In this document: piece after piece, positions 27,821 through 41,182 of the stretch
Position numbering within the stretch: position 1 is the first letter of the stretch
Layout of the letters: the number at the start of each line of letters is the position of its first letter
Source of the DNA: the human T2T-CHM13v2.0 reference genome, Homo sapiens
Direction: 5' to 3' (one strand)
Assembly: GCF_009914755.1 (NCBI RefSeq)
Contig: NC_060929.1
DNA length: 64,000 nt
Notes under the pieces: model-generated
What the model was told of the DNA's origin: nothing
Databases searched by the model: none
Seen by the model: only the letters and a program-made list of their open reading frames with translations
Position numbers and translations under genes: made by a program

Positions 27821-29699
27821 GGGGCTATTCATTTTGGCTTTTTTCCCTGACAGCATTTTCCAATTTGTAGCGCAGGTGAATAGAGCCCGAGAAGAAAATG
27901 GCAACCTTACTGGGCTGAATAGGCAAAAGTCAGAATTCAGGACTGACAAAGCAGCTGGGATCTGAGGGTGAAATCCCAGAGAAAATAGAGTCTGGGCACT
28001 GGGAGCATATTCCTCTTAAATTGTGGATCACATCCTAAACCATATTATGCAGATTAGGACAAGCAGTAGAAAAAAAAATCAACTGGAAGCCAAAAAATAT
28101 GAGCAAATATTTCAGCCATCACATGGTACTGAAAAGATGAAGTTTGGAGTTCAAGCCCCATCAAGATGGACAGGTCTTTGTAAAAAATCCTGAGGTACTT
28201 TAAGGGCTGTTAGGGAATAATGACAACCATCCTCTAGGATTAAGGGCAACTCAAAAAGGTCAATCATAGGAAAGACTATGACAAGATCAAGATGATTCAC
28301 CCATACTCTATGTGCTTGCTAGGAGAAATTCAGACTCTTTGGAGAAAGGTAACTTTATCTAGCACTTCTACAACTTTTATCCATTGTGAAAAAAAAAATT
28401 AACAGGGATGATTTTAAAAGGACTGAATCTTTATTTGACAATTAAATATTTTAAAATTAAAAGAAATTAAAAATAGGACCAAATGACTCAAAATCAAGAG
28501 AAAAGGATTAGTAGAAACAGACCCACAGATGATTAGGTAGTAAAGGTATCAGACAGAAACTTTAAAGGAACTATGATTAATATGTTCAAAATAGTAAATA
28601 AAAATACAGATATTTGGCAAAGACCTGGACTCTATTAAAAATGTCAAATAAAAATTTTAGAACTTAAATAGTATAAATGATACTAAGAATTTGAAATATG
28701 GATTTAATAGAAGTTACAAAAGGAAGAATAGAGGATTAGTGAGTCATTTTATGGGTTTAAAATATATAACAAGAATAGCACAAAAAGTGAGCAGGGTAAA
28801 TTGAGTTAAACTGTTGTAAGTTTCTTGCATCACTTGGAAAGTGGTAAAAGTACCAATCTAAAAGAATCTGTAATATATCCAGGATATGTAATGTAATTTC
28901 TAGGGAGACACTAAAAACATAGTAAAACAATATGTAATTAAAAAGAATAGAATGGAATAGAATAGATATAATAAAAATAATTATTTGATCCAAAAATAAA
29001 CATAAAAAATAAATCAAATAGAAATTAAATAGCAAGATATAATTAAATACAACAGTCTCAGTAACTAAATACAAATTGAACAAATACTTCAGTTATAAGA
29101 CATTGATTGTCAGACTGGATGAAGAAGCAAAATATAATTATGTACTGTTCACAAAACATACTCTCTGCATTTAAGGGCAGAAAAGGATTGTTGTAAAGTA
29201 TGCATAAAATATACCTTCAAAAGCAATAAAGCAAAAGCTGACAAAACTAAAAGAAAAGAGAAAAATGCATCATCATACCAGGAAATTTTAGCACACTTTT
29301 CTTGGTACCTGATAAAAAATTAGCTCACAAAAAAAAATCAATAAAGATAAAGAAGTAAATAATATGGCTGTCATAATTAACTTACATATCTGTTTGTTTC
29401 CTTTTGTGTGAAAAAATTCACATAATTAATATATGTAGAACACTATTTCCACTAGTTCAATAACTGCAAAATACACATAATTTTCATTTATGATAATAGA
29501 TCAAATAATCTATAGAAATGATGACTAAGACCCAGGATTGTCTGGGCAACCACATCCACTCACATGGTTTCAGCAGCTCTTCTGCTCAGATGCTCCTAGA
29601 CCATCTGGTTTATGGTAACAGACTCTTAGCTGGCTTTTCTGCCACCTTTTCCCTTCAGTTCAGTCCATTTTTCCACATTGCTGATCTATGCTTTATAGT

Positions 29700-30600
29700 G
29701 AAGACCAGAATATTTGCTTAGCTCTAAAGCTTCTTCCCCCACAGATTGCCTGTTAGTTGCAAGGGAAAAAAATCCAACTATACAGTAGAGAAGTCAGACA
29801 ACACCTTGACCAGGTGATCAAAATTAAAATCACCAGATAGTGGCAAATGAATGTGTGTGCCTCTAGATATGGTGCCCTGAGACGGACACAAAATCACTTA
29901 TAGAGTATTCCATCTGGGAATGCATAGCCTGGTTCTATGAGGCTCTATGTGAAGAAACATCAGACAAACCCAAAATAATGAGCATTCTATTACAGAAGCA
30001 AAGGAATCCATTCTTCAAAGAAGTCAGTATTGTAAAATAAAGAAAGGCTTAGGAACTGTTCCAGGTTAAAGACTAAGGATATATAACAATTAAATAAAAT
30101 ACGTGACCAAAGACTGGAATCTACACTGAAGGCCAAAACCATTACATGGGGCATTATTACTATATTGATTTACAGTTATTGTCAGTTGACAAAATTGGCA
30201 TATAGACTATAGATAGATAAACATTACATTGATGTTAAATGTCCTGAAGTTAATTACCATTCTGTAGTTATAAAAGAGAATATCTGTATTCTTAGGAAAT
30301 ACACAATGAAGTATAGAAATAAAAGTGCATGGTGTATCTAACTTATTATCAAATAGTCCAGGGGAAAATATATAGCTATTTTTTACATATATATATTTTT
30401 ATATACATATGATTTACATGGAGAGAGAAAAACAGACAATACAGAGAGAGGTGACAGAGCATGCAGAGAGAGAGACAGGATGATAAAGTGAATAAGAATA
30501 TCTAACAATCAATCAGATAAAGGGTATAGCAGAAAGACTTTGTATTATTTTTGTACCTTTTCTATAAGTTTAAAGTTATTTTTAAATAAAATGCTTTCTA
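29700..30600 (+). mobile_element. L1MC-type 3'UTR
   Basis: tacagtagagaag..accttgaccaggtgatcaaaattaaaatcacc; gaaacatcagacaaacccaaa; ttcttaggaaatacac. Confidence 0.8.
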
Positions 30601-31809
30601 AAAATGAAAGGAGAATAGCTTAGTAGTTTTCAATAATTTATGTGCATCTTTAAACTAAGGTAAACATGAGAATGGCCTGAAGACTTGGTAAAATGCAGAT
30701 CCCTGGGCCTGCCTCCCACCACCAGCCCCAGAGGTTCTAAATCCATGGATCTTTTTAATAAGCTCTCTAGGGAGTTCTGAAGTTTGAGGCATATTCACCT
30801 AGTACATGCCCTGAGAGTGGAATGTTGATTTTAGGGAGTGCACAATTTTATATTAAATAAAGTTATTTTCTTTGCAATTCTTTCTTTAATCTTTCTAATG
30901 ATATCAAGAAAACAGTCCATATTTGGAGATGGTTCATTTTTAACACCTCTTAATGCATTTCATCTTCCCCATAACAAAGAGAGAACAGGTTACCAGTTCA
31001 GAGCTTGTGCAACAATATTGAATTAAAATTTAATCAAATTATCACAAATATGTTATTTTTCTATGTGTGGTAACTGATAATAGTTTACTATTAACCCTAG
31101 TGATACAAAGTTTCTTTTAAAAATTAGTTAATATAATGGACTTGACTAAAAAACTATTATAATAATGCAGGTGAAACATATATGACAAAAATTCTACTTG
31201 TGATACAGCAAATGACTGAAGCTTAGAAAACACAACCCAAAAGGAAAGATTCTGGTTCAGATTGTCCCAAGTCTCCCTTCCAAGTTCACCTTTCACTACT
31301 CCATGGATCCTCATGCAGATTCCCAGCTCCCTCAGCAAGCCCTGCACTCTCACGGGTCTGGCCCAGTTCTGCTCTTTCTACTTCCTGAGTCTTCCTTATC
31401 TCCTCCTCATCCTGCCATCAGCTGGTTCTATTCTGTGAAATGATTTTGTCAATGTAGAGAGGATATAAAGGTCTGGCTCTTTAAGAAAGCCAAGGGTGGG
31501 GTGGGGGGTTACAAAACATGTATTCCCTTGAAAAAAAGAGCCCTGAGTCAATGAGATAAGAATAGCTAGAAGAGCAGTTCTACACCTAGGAATGTATTTT
31601 GAGGTAATAATCAGAAGAGCACACAGATGATTGCGGGCATTGACATTTCTTACCGCGTAATATATAATAGCAAAATACTAAAATTATCAATGTCCAACAA
31701 CAGAAGACTGGTTAAATAATATAATTCCTTATATAGAAGCACCATGGTTTATTTTACCAATAAAATCCATACATTTAAAGCATGATTTATGATAAGGGGG
31801 AAAAGTCAA

Positions 31810-32540
31810 GGATGTAATAGACACTTTGATTTTCTCCCCACCATTCAATTCATTCTTTCTGTTTTACATGGCCACAGAATATTTGGAGAGATTGAACTCA
31901 TCTCCAAAAGGGCTCTAATTTGTCTAAGCTGGTGGTTCTCAAAGTGTGGTCTCTGGACGAGCAACATTAGCACCACCTGGAAGCTTGTTACAAATACAAA
32001 TTCTTGGGCACCATCTTGATCTACTAAATCAAAAACACTGGAGGTGGAGCCCAGAAATCCATGTTTTAACAAGCCTTCAAAAGGATTCTGATGCATGGTC
32101 AAATTTAAGAACCATGGATCTAGGTCGTCTTGGTAAACCAGTCTCTTACAGCTTGATTTGGGAATGAGCACATTACTCAACAGAGGCCAAAGAGATGTGA
32201 AGGAAAATTTGGTGGGAGCTTCTGGGAGAGGTTTTTCCACACTTAAGGGAGTCTATAGGAAGAAACAGCCCTTCTTCTCCTGGTCTCCTTTGTGTACAGA
32301 TGTGATGCCTGGGATTGCTGAAGCCATGTTGCCTTATTAATTAAAGCAGAAACTGATGGAGCAGAAGATAACGGAGCTGAGAGACAAAAAGATGAAGGCA
32401 GAGCCACCGGCTTAAGGGAATCCTAAATTCTATGCTACTTCTGGGTTTTCAGTAATGTAAGCTAATCTATTTCTTCATTTTAATCCCAGTTTGAGTTGAT
32501 CGTTTCATTACTTATAGTTACAAATTCTCATCTGCTACAT
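31810..32540 (+). mobile_element. MLT1 (J/K-like) LTR interrupted by MER5A
   Basis: gcttctgggagaggttt, gatgtgatgcctgggattgctgaagccatgtt, agtttgagttg..ttacttatag. Confidence 0.65.
31930..32117. mobile_element. MER5A (hAT-Charlie MITE)
   Basis: TIRs tggtggttctcaaa / tttaagaaccatgg; 8-bp TSD-like gtctaagc/atctaggt. Confidence 0.9.
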
Positions 32541-33134
32541 GGTGTAATACTAAGCTTGAAACACATATATAGGGAAAAAATACTGGAAGAAAAGATATTT
32601 AACATATAAATCCTTGTTTTATCTAAGTCGAAGGGTTATAAAACAGGGTTATTTTCTGTGTATTTTTCCAACTTGTTAATAATAATTACTTTTACAATCA
32701 TAAAATATATTTAAAAACAATAGTTGGAGGAGGTTATTTTAAACATGTTCCTTTTAAAAGAGAGTCAAGAATCACTAAAACAACAGAAGAGATCATGAAG
32801 ACAAGTAGTATGGGACCCTGGGCAGATGGCAAACCAAAGGAACCAAGAATACAGAGTACTCAGAATTAGTAGCAGTGAGGTGTTAAAGAGATAATTAACA
32901 CTTATATTCCAAATAGCAGCTGAATATAAATGAGAACAGATGGGGCTCAATAGCTATGAAAAGACCTAGGGCAGCACAAAGATAAACAAGCAAATATTTA
33001 GAGAAAAGAGATTTATAATTAGGAGCACTGTGCTCAATTTGTGCCAGAGGTTTCATTTCCTTTAACCCTTGCTCCAACTCAGTTATTCCAGGATTTATGA
33101 CAATTAGCTACCTATATTCCTAGTATCTATAGCT

Positions 33135-33350
33135 TATTATACCTAACAAGTATTGCATGCTTACTATATACCAAACACTGAATATATATTATCTCACTTA
33201 ATTTTCTTTCAGGTAGGTACTATTCAGATTAGGTTGCTAAAGCTTAGAGTGGCTAGCACCTTATCCAAATTTACATATGTGGAAAATGATGAAGCTGAAA
33301 TTTAAACTGTTCTGACTCCAGAACCTGCCTGCCTTCCTCTGTGCTACCAT
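33135..33350 (-). mobile_element. MIR
   Basis: tgcttactatataccaaacactg..aggtaggtactatt..tctgactccagaacc. Confidence 0.7.
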
Positions 33351-34439
33351 GGCAACCAACAAATGTTTGTGGAATAATAAATGTCATTGTACACATTACC
33401 TTGCTTTATGTGCTACTGTCAAAATAAATACTTCAAAGCCTTCTCACTCACTGTTACCCGTGAAGCCTAAACACTCCTGGTCAGAGACAAATGCAATTAT
33501 TGAATGGGCACCCCTGATGAAAGGCAGTTTAGAGCCTCCCAAAGGACAGAACAGAGAAAACCTGGAGCTTGGAGCTCTGGACAGACAGTAAGTTAGATAA
33601 ATACATTTTCAGGGTTCAGAGTTAGTGAGCTCCAATGAGGGATCACCTATCATTTCATGGACATGATGAGAATTACCTAGAAGGGATTGAAAGAATCTCA
33701 GCCTGCAACTCAAGCCCTGTTTATTGATGGGTACAACTTAAGGAGTAAATTGAGCCAGATTAAGAGAAGCTGAAAAAAAGAGTATCTGTCTAAACAGGAA
33801 AGCAACTGAAAAAAGAGTGAGGATCAATGGGGTAGACAGATGCATCATGAACCTATTCTCTCCCTGGATGCAGTTGTCCTACTAGCGGCTCCTTTCCAAG
33901 AGGACAGATTCTGAATGAAGGAACAACCACCAAGAGAAAAACAGAGTGAAGCATTATGGTAACCACACGAAGCTCAGAAGGAACTAGTGCATCCTGGGCC
34001 CCCACTTCCTTATTTCTAATGAGACTTGGCTATCTTCTTCAAGTGTACCCCCAGCCTGGGGTACAGCACCAGGAAAGAAAGCCTAGCCAGAGAAGCTGTC
34101 ATAGTCTCATTGTTACTACTCTGAAAAACAACATGGTGGGAGCCAGCTGGCTTTTAAGCAATTAAGCTCACTTAGGAAAACAAAAGTTGTATCTTACTTT
34201 ACTTTCTATTATGACGGTTCTAGCTGGGGTTTTCTGGCTTTCTGTTTGGTACTGGGTTTGGCCATTTAGGAGGCTGATGATCAAGAGGATTCTAGAATTA
34301 TGGTGGGGGAAATGAAAAATCTAATCTACCACACTGGATTATAAATTCAAATGTACAGAGACTATATGTGTTTTATTCACCAGTGTATACTCACCAGAGT
34401 AGGGAATGAATGGATGCATGCATACTAACTTTCTAAAAA

Positions 34440-34960
34440 TGCCTTAGAATCTCAGGTTGGAAAGTGACCTAAAAATATCTACCTCAGCCTCCATAAAATT
34501 AAGGACCCCTTTTACAACATTCTTGGCAAGAGTGCATCCCATGTCAACCAGTTCACTAATCCTTTACCTCACTCTAGGAAACCTATTTCATATTCAGATG
34601 GCTATGTTTTTTTATTCACCCTTACCCTGAACAAGAATCTTTCTTCCTTCCTGAAAATTGGAGCCACTGGTCCTCATTCTACTCTCTGGGAAGCCAAAAG
34701 TAAGTCAAGGCCAAAATATCAGACCATTTTAACAAGTCATCCCTTTGCATATCAACTGTCTTGACTCTACTCCAGGTTTAATATACCCTGTTCCTTTAAC
34801 AATGTTTGATATTATTCCAAGTTCCTGGCCATACCATTTCCAATATTCCTTAGATCCAACATGTGACCTAAAGAATATTAGTCTCCAAGTGTTACCCAAT
34901 CAGTTTAGAATGGAGTAGAACTATCTGATCCCTGGTCTGAATAGTCTTGATATAATTCCA
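34440..34960 (-). mobile_element. L3/CR1 3' region
   Basis: tagaatctcaggttggaaagtgacct.., ccactggtcctcattctactctctggg. Confidence 0.6.
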
Positions 34961-35734
34961 GCCCAAAATGAGATAAGCATTTACTCAGCAGAAAAGACTG
35001 CTTAAAAATTACCTATGAATAAGCCCCCTGATGCTGAAACATTTATTCACTCATTCAGCAAGCATTTACTGAGGACCTAATACGTGCCATGTGCTGTACC
35101 AGATGGTGAGTATACAGAGATCATTCCCACCACTGTAAAACTTGAGTATCATGTACAATGGAAGCTACTGAAGGCTTTCAAAAAAAAAGGAAAAATAAAT
35201 AAAAATTATTTTATCATTACTCAATTCCTTTCCTATCAAATGACCAATATGTCTAGGATCTTCTTGGTGCCCATCTTATTTTCATGACCTTTTAACACTC
35301 TGGCCCAAGAACCCTCATTTAGTGTGGGGTAGCGAGTGGAAAGGGCGTTTGCCTGGATATCAGAACTTGATTATTGTCTTGGCTTTGCCAATAATTTGCT
35401 TTGCAACTTTAGTTTTGTCTATTTCCTATTGACTCATCTGCCCATTAAAAAGGTATTACTAGATCACTAAGACTTCTTCTGAAATATTTTGTTTATCCAT
35501 ACAGTAGCTATGTCCTTAAGCACCTTCAGGTGAAAAACGAAATCGCTTTCAGAAATAGGGTGCCCCCACTGTCATTGGTTTTCATATGCAGCTAACTCCT
35601 CTCCGCTGTTCCCAGACACAGGTATTCCTCTGAGCCTCAAGGACACAGAACATGTTTTTTAACACCCACAATATACAATTTATTACTAAGTCCTGATGTT
35701 TCTGCCTCTAAACACATAACTGAAATTCATCCTT

Positions 35735-36023
35735 GGCTGGGCGCGGTGGTTCATGCCTGTAATCCCAGCACTTTGGGATGCCAAGGCAGGTGGATAACAA
35801 GGTCAGGAGTTCCAGACCAGCCTGACCAACATGGTGAAACCCTGTCTCTACTGAAAATACAAAAATTAGCTGGCATGGTGGTACGCATCTATAATCCCAG
35901 CTACTCAGGAGGCTGAGGCAGGAGAATTGCTTGAACCCAGGAGGCGGAAGTTGCAGTGAGCCAAGATAGAGCCACTGCACTCCACAGTGGGTGACAGAGC
36001 AAGACTCAACCTCAAAAAAAAAA
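35735..36023 (+). mobile_element. AluS (Sg/Sc-type 2-bp deletion)
   Basis: ggctgggcgcggtgg..ggataacaaggtcaggag..; TSD-like gaaattcat/gaaactcat. Confidence 0.96.
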
Positions 36024-36074
36024 GAAACTCATTATCTTGGCTCTTTAACCCAAGTACTGTGCTACCTCCTCAAT

Positions 36075-36830
36075 GGTCTTCTCACTATCCCCTTTCCAGC
36101 CTGCAATGCACTCTCTACATATAGCCAGACTGATCCTTTTAAAGCTTAAATCATGCCCCTCAACCACCTGAGAATCCTCTAGTGACTTCCTACAGCAGCC
36201 AAAATAGAATCCAAACTCCCTTCCTTAGCTTACAAGTCCTTTCCAAACTAGCCCTGCCTCCTTCTCTGTTAGCATCTTGTACCTTTCCCTCCCTTGTTCC
36301 CTATGCGCCACCCTCCCTGGGCTCTTCCCATCCATCCCACACACCTAGTTCTCTTATTCTAATCTCTTTGTACATCCTGTTTCCTTTACTGAGAATGCTC
36401 TTTCCCCAATCCTTGGCATGGCATCTTGCCTTCTCTTTTAGGTGTATGCTGCTAAACAATCACCTCAGAAGCTTCTCCTGACCACTGTATCTAAAGAAAA
36501 ATCAACCAATCCCCATCTCTCTCTCTTCCTCCCTACCTCACATACATGCATGTATGCACACGCCATATACACATGCACGCACACAAACACATGATCATGA
36601 TCATTTCTCTGTGTTCATTTCTATCAAAGTACTAGCCAACCTGTAATTATCTTGTTGGTTTATTTGTTTGGCATCTCTCTGCTCCACTAGAAAAAGTTCC
36701 ATAAGAGCAAGAACCTGGTCTGTCACTCTATTCCCAGTGTTTTGAAGAATATCTGGCCAATAGCAGACACTTAAACGTTTTTTGAATGAGTAATACATGA
36801 ACCAATGAATGAGTGAAGGGATGAATGCGA
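36075..36830 (+). mobile_element. L2 3' region with (GAAT)n tail
   Basis: agccagactgatccttttaaa, agaatccaaactcc, ttttgaatgag..aatgaatgagtgaa. Confidence 0.85.
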
Positions 36831-37764
36831 CTCTCATTTCATGCCTTTTAATACTTGTATGGGGGACAGGGAAGGGAAGGGTGGAAATGGAAAAGATAAA
36901 GGATATTGAAGAGTGATGACCATGATGGTGAGAGTTTAGGAAAACATGTCAGGGAGCAGTAATCAGCCCTCAAAGTTGTACTCAACATAAGAAAGGAAGT
37001 TGTAAATTTCTAACAACCAGGGATGTCCAACCAAGATATGGTCTGCCTTGTAAGTGAGTCAGTCCCGTAGGATGTGCAGAATAAGCTGTATGGCCACCAC
37101 CAGGGCTATTGCAGAAGGGATTTATGTGTATTGAGATTGGACTAGGTGTCTTTAAACAATGAGCTCATGGCTAGAGCAGTCCCAGGCCAGCGAGCATGGG
37201 AACACTAAACCCCTGCTGAGGAGCTTCCTCCTCTGGTAAACACACAATGTATGTTCAATTAGTTTCTCTGCTCCAGAAGAACTGTCTCTTCGTGCCCTCG
37301 CAATGAGATTCTGCTAATTGAAAACACTTCATTCTATCTGCTTGAGAGGATTGGACTAAACTAGGCTACTGAAATGTAGCACATCCCTAACTGGGGCAGG
37401 GGAGCCACAGTAGAGCAGAAGCCCAGACAGTCTAGGGAGAGGTTGAAGAGAAATGCATTTCATTTCAGGCACTATTTCAGAAAGACTAAAATTTCCAGTC
37501 TTCAGAGAATGTATTTCAGATAAAGAGTCCTCCCAGTTAGGGGAAACATTTTTCCCGTTTGCCTTGGAATGATTCATTTAAACAATGATAAAAATAGGGC
37601 CTCTCCAGGCCCTGAACCTGCTTGCAGGGAGACCAGGTTTTAACCCAACAATTTTGCTTCTGAAAGAGTCATTCATTGGTATGTGAACTATGGACGATAA
37701 GGTTAAGACCTAGGCCAGGGAAAAGGAGCACACATCAGAATTCAAGGCACCAGTAGTAACAGCA

Positions 37765-38130
37765 AAAAGCAATAACGACAAAATACCTTACACCAGTCTC
37801 TGTGATAACTTCTCTGCCACATTGTCTTCTTTCACACAGCATTCCAAGAACAAGTGCCACTGTGATCCCATTTTACAGACTAGAAAACTGAGCCCCTAGC
37901 GTTAAGTGACTTGGCCAGGGTCACAAAGCTAGAAAGCCGTGGAGGAGGATCAGCCTCTGGTCTGCCTCCAGAGCTAGGGCTCAAAATGAAATTGTTCACA
38001 GATCACACAAAAACTTGTTAAAATGCAGATTCAAATGCTGCGGGTCTGGGGCAAGGCCTGAGATTCTGCAATTCTAACATGTTCTAAGGTAATGCTGATA
38101 TGCTGGTCCATGAACCACACTTTGAGGAAC
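37765..38130. mobile_element. MIR followed by MER5A fragment
   Basis: cccattttacagactagaaaactgag..gttaagtgacttggccagggtcaca; cttgttaaaatgcagattc..ggcctgagattctgca..accacactttgag. Confidence 0.8.
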
Positions 38131-38753
38131 AAGATTGTAGGGACAAAAGCAAGGGTGGCACCTAAATATACCCAGAAATTTTCTTAATTTACCACTAAGG
38201 CACATAAATCTTAAATAAAGAAAATAAAATGTCGTTTGTTTTTTGGTTCAATTCTCTGCCTTGGAGACATTAGATCTTAAAGGCTGTAACCTACTGATCA
38301 CCTTAGCCCAGAAAAGATTTGTCACATTGTTCTCCAACCCAGCCCCTTTTTCCTCTTAAAAAAGAACCAGCAGTTGGCAATACATAAGGAGACAAACACA
38401 ATTAAACCCCAAAGAAAAAAACCCCACAGCCCTTCCATTTCAATTAGAATCAGCGGCTGTTGGAAATGGGCAAATTTAGAGCTGTAATACCAACGGAAAC
38501 AGTGAATTCTCAATTGTGATCAAAGGCTTCATTTAGCAGGCTGAAAAGCAAGCATGAGCTTAATTGAACAAGAGAGAGATCGCCTCCAAAGCAGCCAGGA
38601 ATAATCAAATAGCATTGAAAAATATAATGCATCAGATGGAGAGGAATTAGCCCTAGGTTCCAAATGACCTCACCTGACCTATAGATCCCAGCTTCAAGGG
38701 AGAGAGACCTCAGCGGTTACCTGGTCCAACTCCCCATCTTATTCACTTTAAGT

Positions 38754-38989
38754 CAGGAATTTCAAAATCTTTGGCTGTAGCGCACAGTTCGAAATACAAT
38801 TTACACCCAACCCAGTGTACAGGCACCATCTATAGATGAATATCTTTAAGTAAAAGCTTTACAATATGATATGTATTTTTTCGATATGTGAAGTACCTGC
38901 TCTTTTCTCATGTTTTTCAACGCTCAAGAGCTACGAAATTGATTTCAAGACCCACTAATGGGCCATGACCCACAGTTTGAAAAACACTG
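38754..38989. mobile_element. hAT-Charlie non-autonomous element inserted in a MIR3-like repeat
   Basis: TIR-like caggaatttcaaaa / tttgaaaaacactg; gacccactaatgggccatgacccacag. Confidence 0.65.
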
Positions 38990-39328
38990 GGTTAGATCAT
39001 CCCACTTAAGTGCACAACCAGCCCCTTCATCTTACAGGTAAGAGAGATAGACATTAAACAAATGATCACACAGATACATATTTAATAGCACAAATTGAAG
39101 TGAAAGTAAAAAGGAAGACCAGGGATGTGATGGAGATAACAGGGGGAACTATTTTTGACCAGAAGGATGGCTGGAATGAGTCAGGAAAAGCCTCTCTTGA
39201 AAGAAACTTAAAACTGGGACTAAACAATGAATAGAGAGTAGCCAGACAAAAAAAAGAAAGAGGGGTCTCTTTAAACATCTCTTGTTCTGGGAAATGTACC
39301 ATTATCTATGGCAACCTCACGTGGTAAT

Positions 39329-39330
<2 letters not shown>

Positions 39331-39368
<38 letters not shown>
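39331..39368. repeat. (CAG)2 TAG (CAG)9 trinucleotide repeat
   Basis: Read directly; pure CAG run 39340-39366. Confidence 0.98.
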
Positions 39369-39369
<1 letters not shown>

Positions 39370-39439
39370 CTGCCCAACCCAGTTTCATCAAGTTTTACTA
39401 TTTGTCAGAAGCTGAGACAAGTGCTTCTCAAGGCTACTG

Positions 39440-39652
39440 GAGCTTAAGGGAACCGACTGCCTGGTTTGAATCCCACCTCCAACCTTTACAAAGTTTCTGA
39501 TTTGGGGCCAGATAGTTCAGTTTTCTCATCTGTGGAGAAGGAAGTATTCATCTTGCATGCCTCATCACATTGTTGCTAGGATTAAATGAGTTAACACAAG
39601 GGGCTTAGAACAATTCCTGGCGCATGGTAAGTACAAAATAAATTGCTAAATA
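39440..39652 (+). mobile_element. MIR
   Basis: gactgcctggtttgaatccc..cagttttctcatctgt..ggattaaatgagttaa..cttagaacaattcctggc. Confidence 0.85.
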
Positions 39653-40429
39653 AGGGGATATCACCTTGAAATCTTCAACAACTTGCTTCAGGCAAGCACC
39701 CCCTGTCTATGGGCACCAGAAAAGAAACCCATTGCCATCTTTGAACTAACTGGTTTCCAAGAGGTGTTTTGATTTATTTTGTTTTTTCCATAACAGTATT
39801 ATAAACCTAGTAGGACAGAGGGCTGAAGTCCTAAACTCTGCAGAGCCCTACAGACAAAGGAGACAAGGAGAAACGGAATGAGTCTGATTCCCTGCTCCTA
39901 ATTGCCATCTCAGGGCCTGCATTCACCACTATTCTCTCTCCTGCCTGATGAATTTCCCAGTTCAGCACCAAGGATACAGTTGATTTCTCCGGAGAACTAT
40001 AATAATGAAATTACAGTATGTTTACTTGATGCAGAAAACCTCTGGATAGATAGTAAATTAGTGGCCTCACAATGTTGAAAAATCTTCAAGCTTTCAAGAG
40101 GCCTAAACAGATCCAAAATGCCAGGTTCAAGTCACACCAATAATTAAAATTAAATTATCGTGCTGAACTGAAAGTCATCTCCAATATAACATTTTTAAAA
40201 TGGTTCTCCAAAGAAGAACTCTATCTTGGCTTCAGGGAGGCATCTATCATAAACCCACAGAATCAGAAACAAAAAAAGCAAGCTGCGTCCATTGTGCACG
40301 TGCTACAGCTAATTCCCCAGGACAGGCAAGAACAGAGAGGCTTGGAGGGGCATACAAAAACACCCATTGCTGGGGAGAGGCAATAAAAATGAGGAGCAAA
40401 CCTGATATTTGTATGTTACTCTTTACATC

Positions 40430-41030
40430 CATCTTCTCAATTTGTCCAGTCACTGTCTCTGCAAAGTAGGAAAGGCAGAGATTTTTGGTCCCATTACACA
40501 GCTGAGGAAACTGAGGCTTCAGTGGTATAGTGGCTGGAGTCAAGACACATGGCCAGTAAGTGGTACGGATGGGATGAATGTTCATCCTAGAGTAAAGGAA
40601 AGATAGGGAGAATGGAAAGAAGTAGAAAAAAAGGAAATTGGCATGCCTGTCCTAATAGCAGATGATATAAAATTTAAACACAAAAGACATATTTGGGACA
40701 ACTCAGCAAATTCACACAAAGAGTAGTTATTAAAATTATGCTTGTGCCTATGCACTCTTGAAAGATGCTTATGATGTTATTATACTGCTAGTGACATAAA
40801 AATACTTACCGTTAGCCAAAAATTTACCATGGGCTAAAGACCTGTCTAAACACTTTATATGAATTAATAATCCTCCATTTAAACCTTATAAAAACTTTAC
40901 AAGGTAGAAGCTGTCATTTTATGTCGAGAAACCCAAGTTCAGAGAAGTAGGTTATTTGTGAAACACACACAACTAGTGAGTCTAGGTCTGATGGCCAAGC
41001 TCAAACCCCTAGTCACTTCAACATGCTGTC
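40430..41030 (-). mobile_element. Two MIR copies (~40430-40590, ~40795-41030)
   Basis: cagctgaggaaactgaggcttcag; aaggtaga..gagaaacccaagttcagagaagt. Confidence 0.7.
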
Positions 41031-41182
41031 TTCCTAGAGACCTGGTGGAAAGAGGAGAGCATTAGTTGCACCAAGCTATAGCAAATGGATGAATCCATAT
41101 AAACCAAGGATTAAAGTGAATGCACACAGTTCCTGTGTGCCCCAGCAGGCACCCTTATTGAGCTAATGAAATGGTAACTTCT

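Noticed and set aside
34044-34065. Imperfect inverted repeat tgtacccccagcctggggtaca
   Set aside because: Short and imperfect; expected by chance
39282-39500. Poly-alanine ORF
   Set aside because: Chance reading of the CAG tract plus MIR sequence; non-ATG start
39900-39920. CTCF-like word (ggccctgagatggcaa on - strand)
   Set aside because: Three mismatches in the 5' core; too weak without ChIP data
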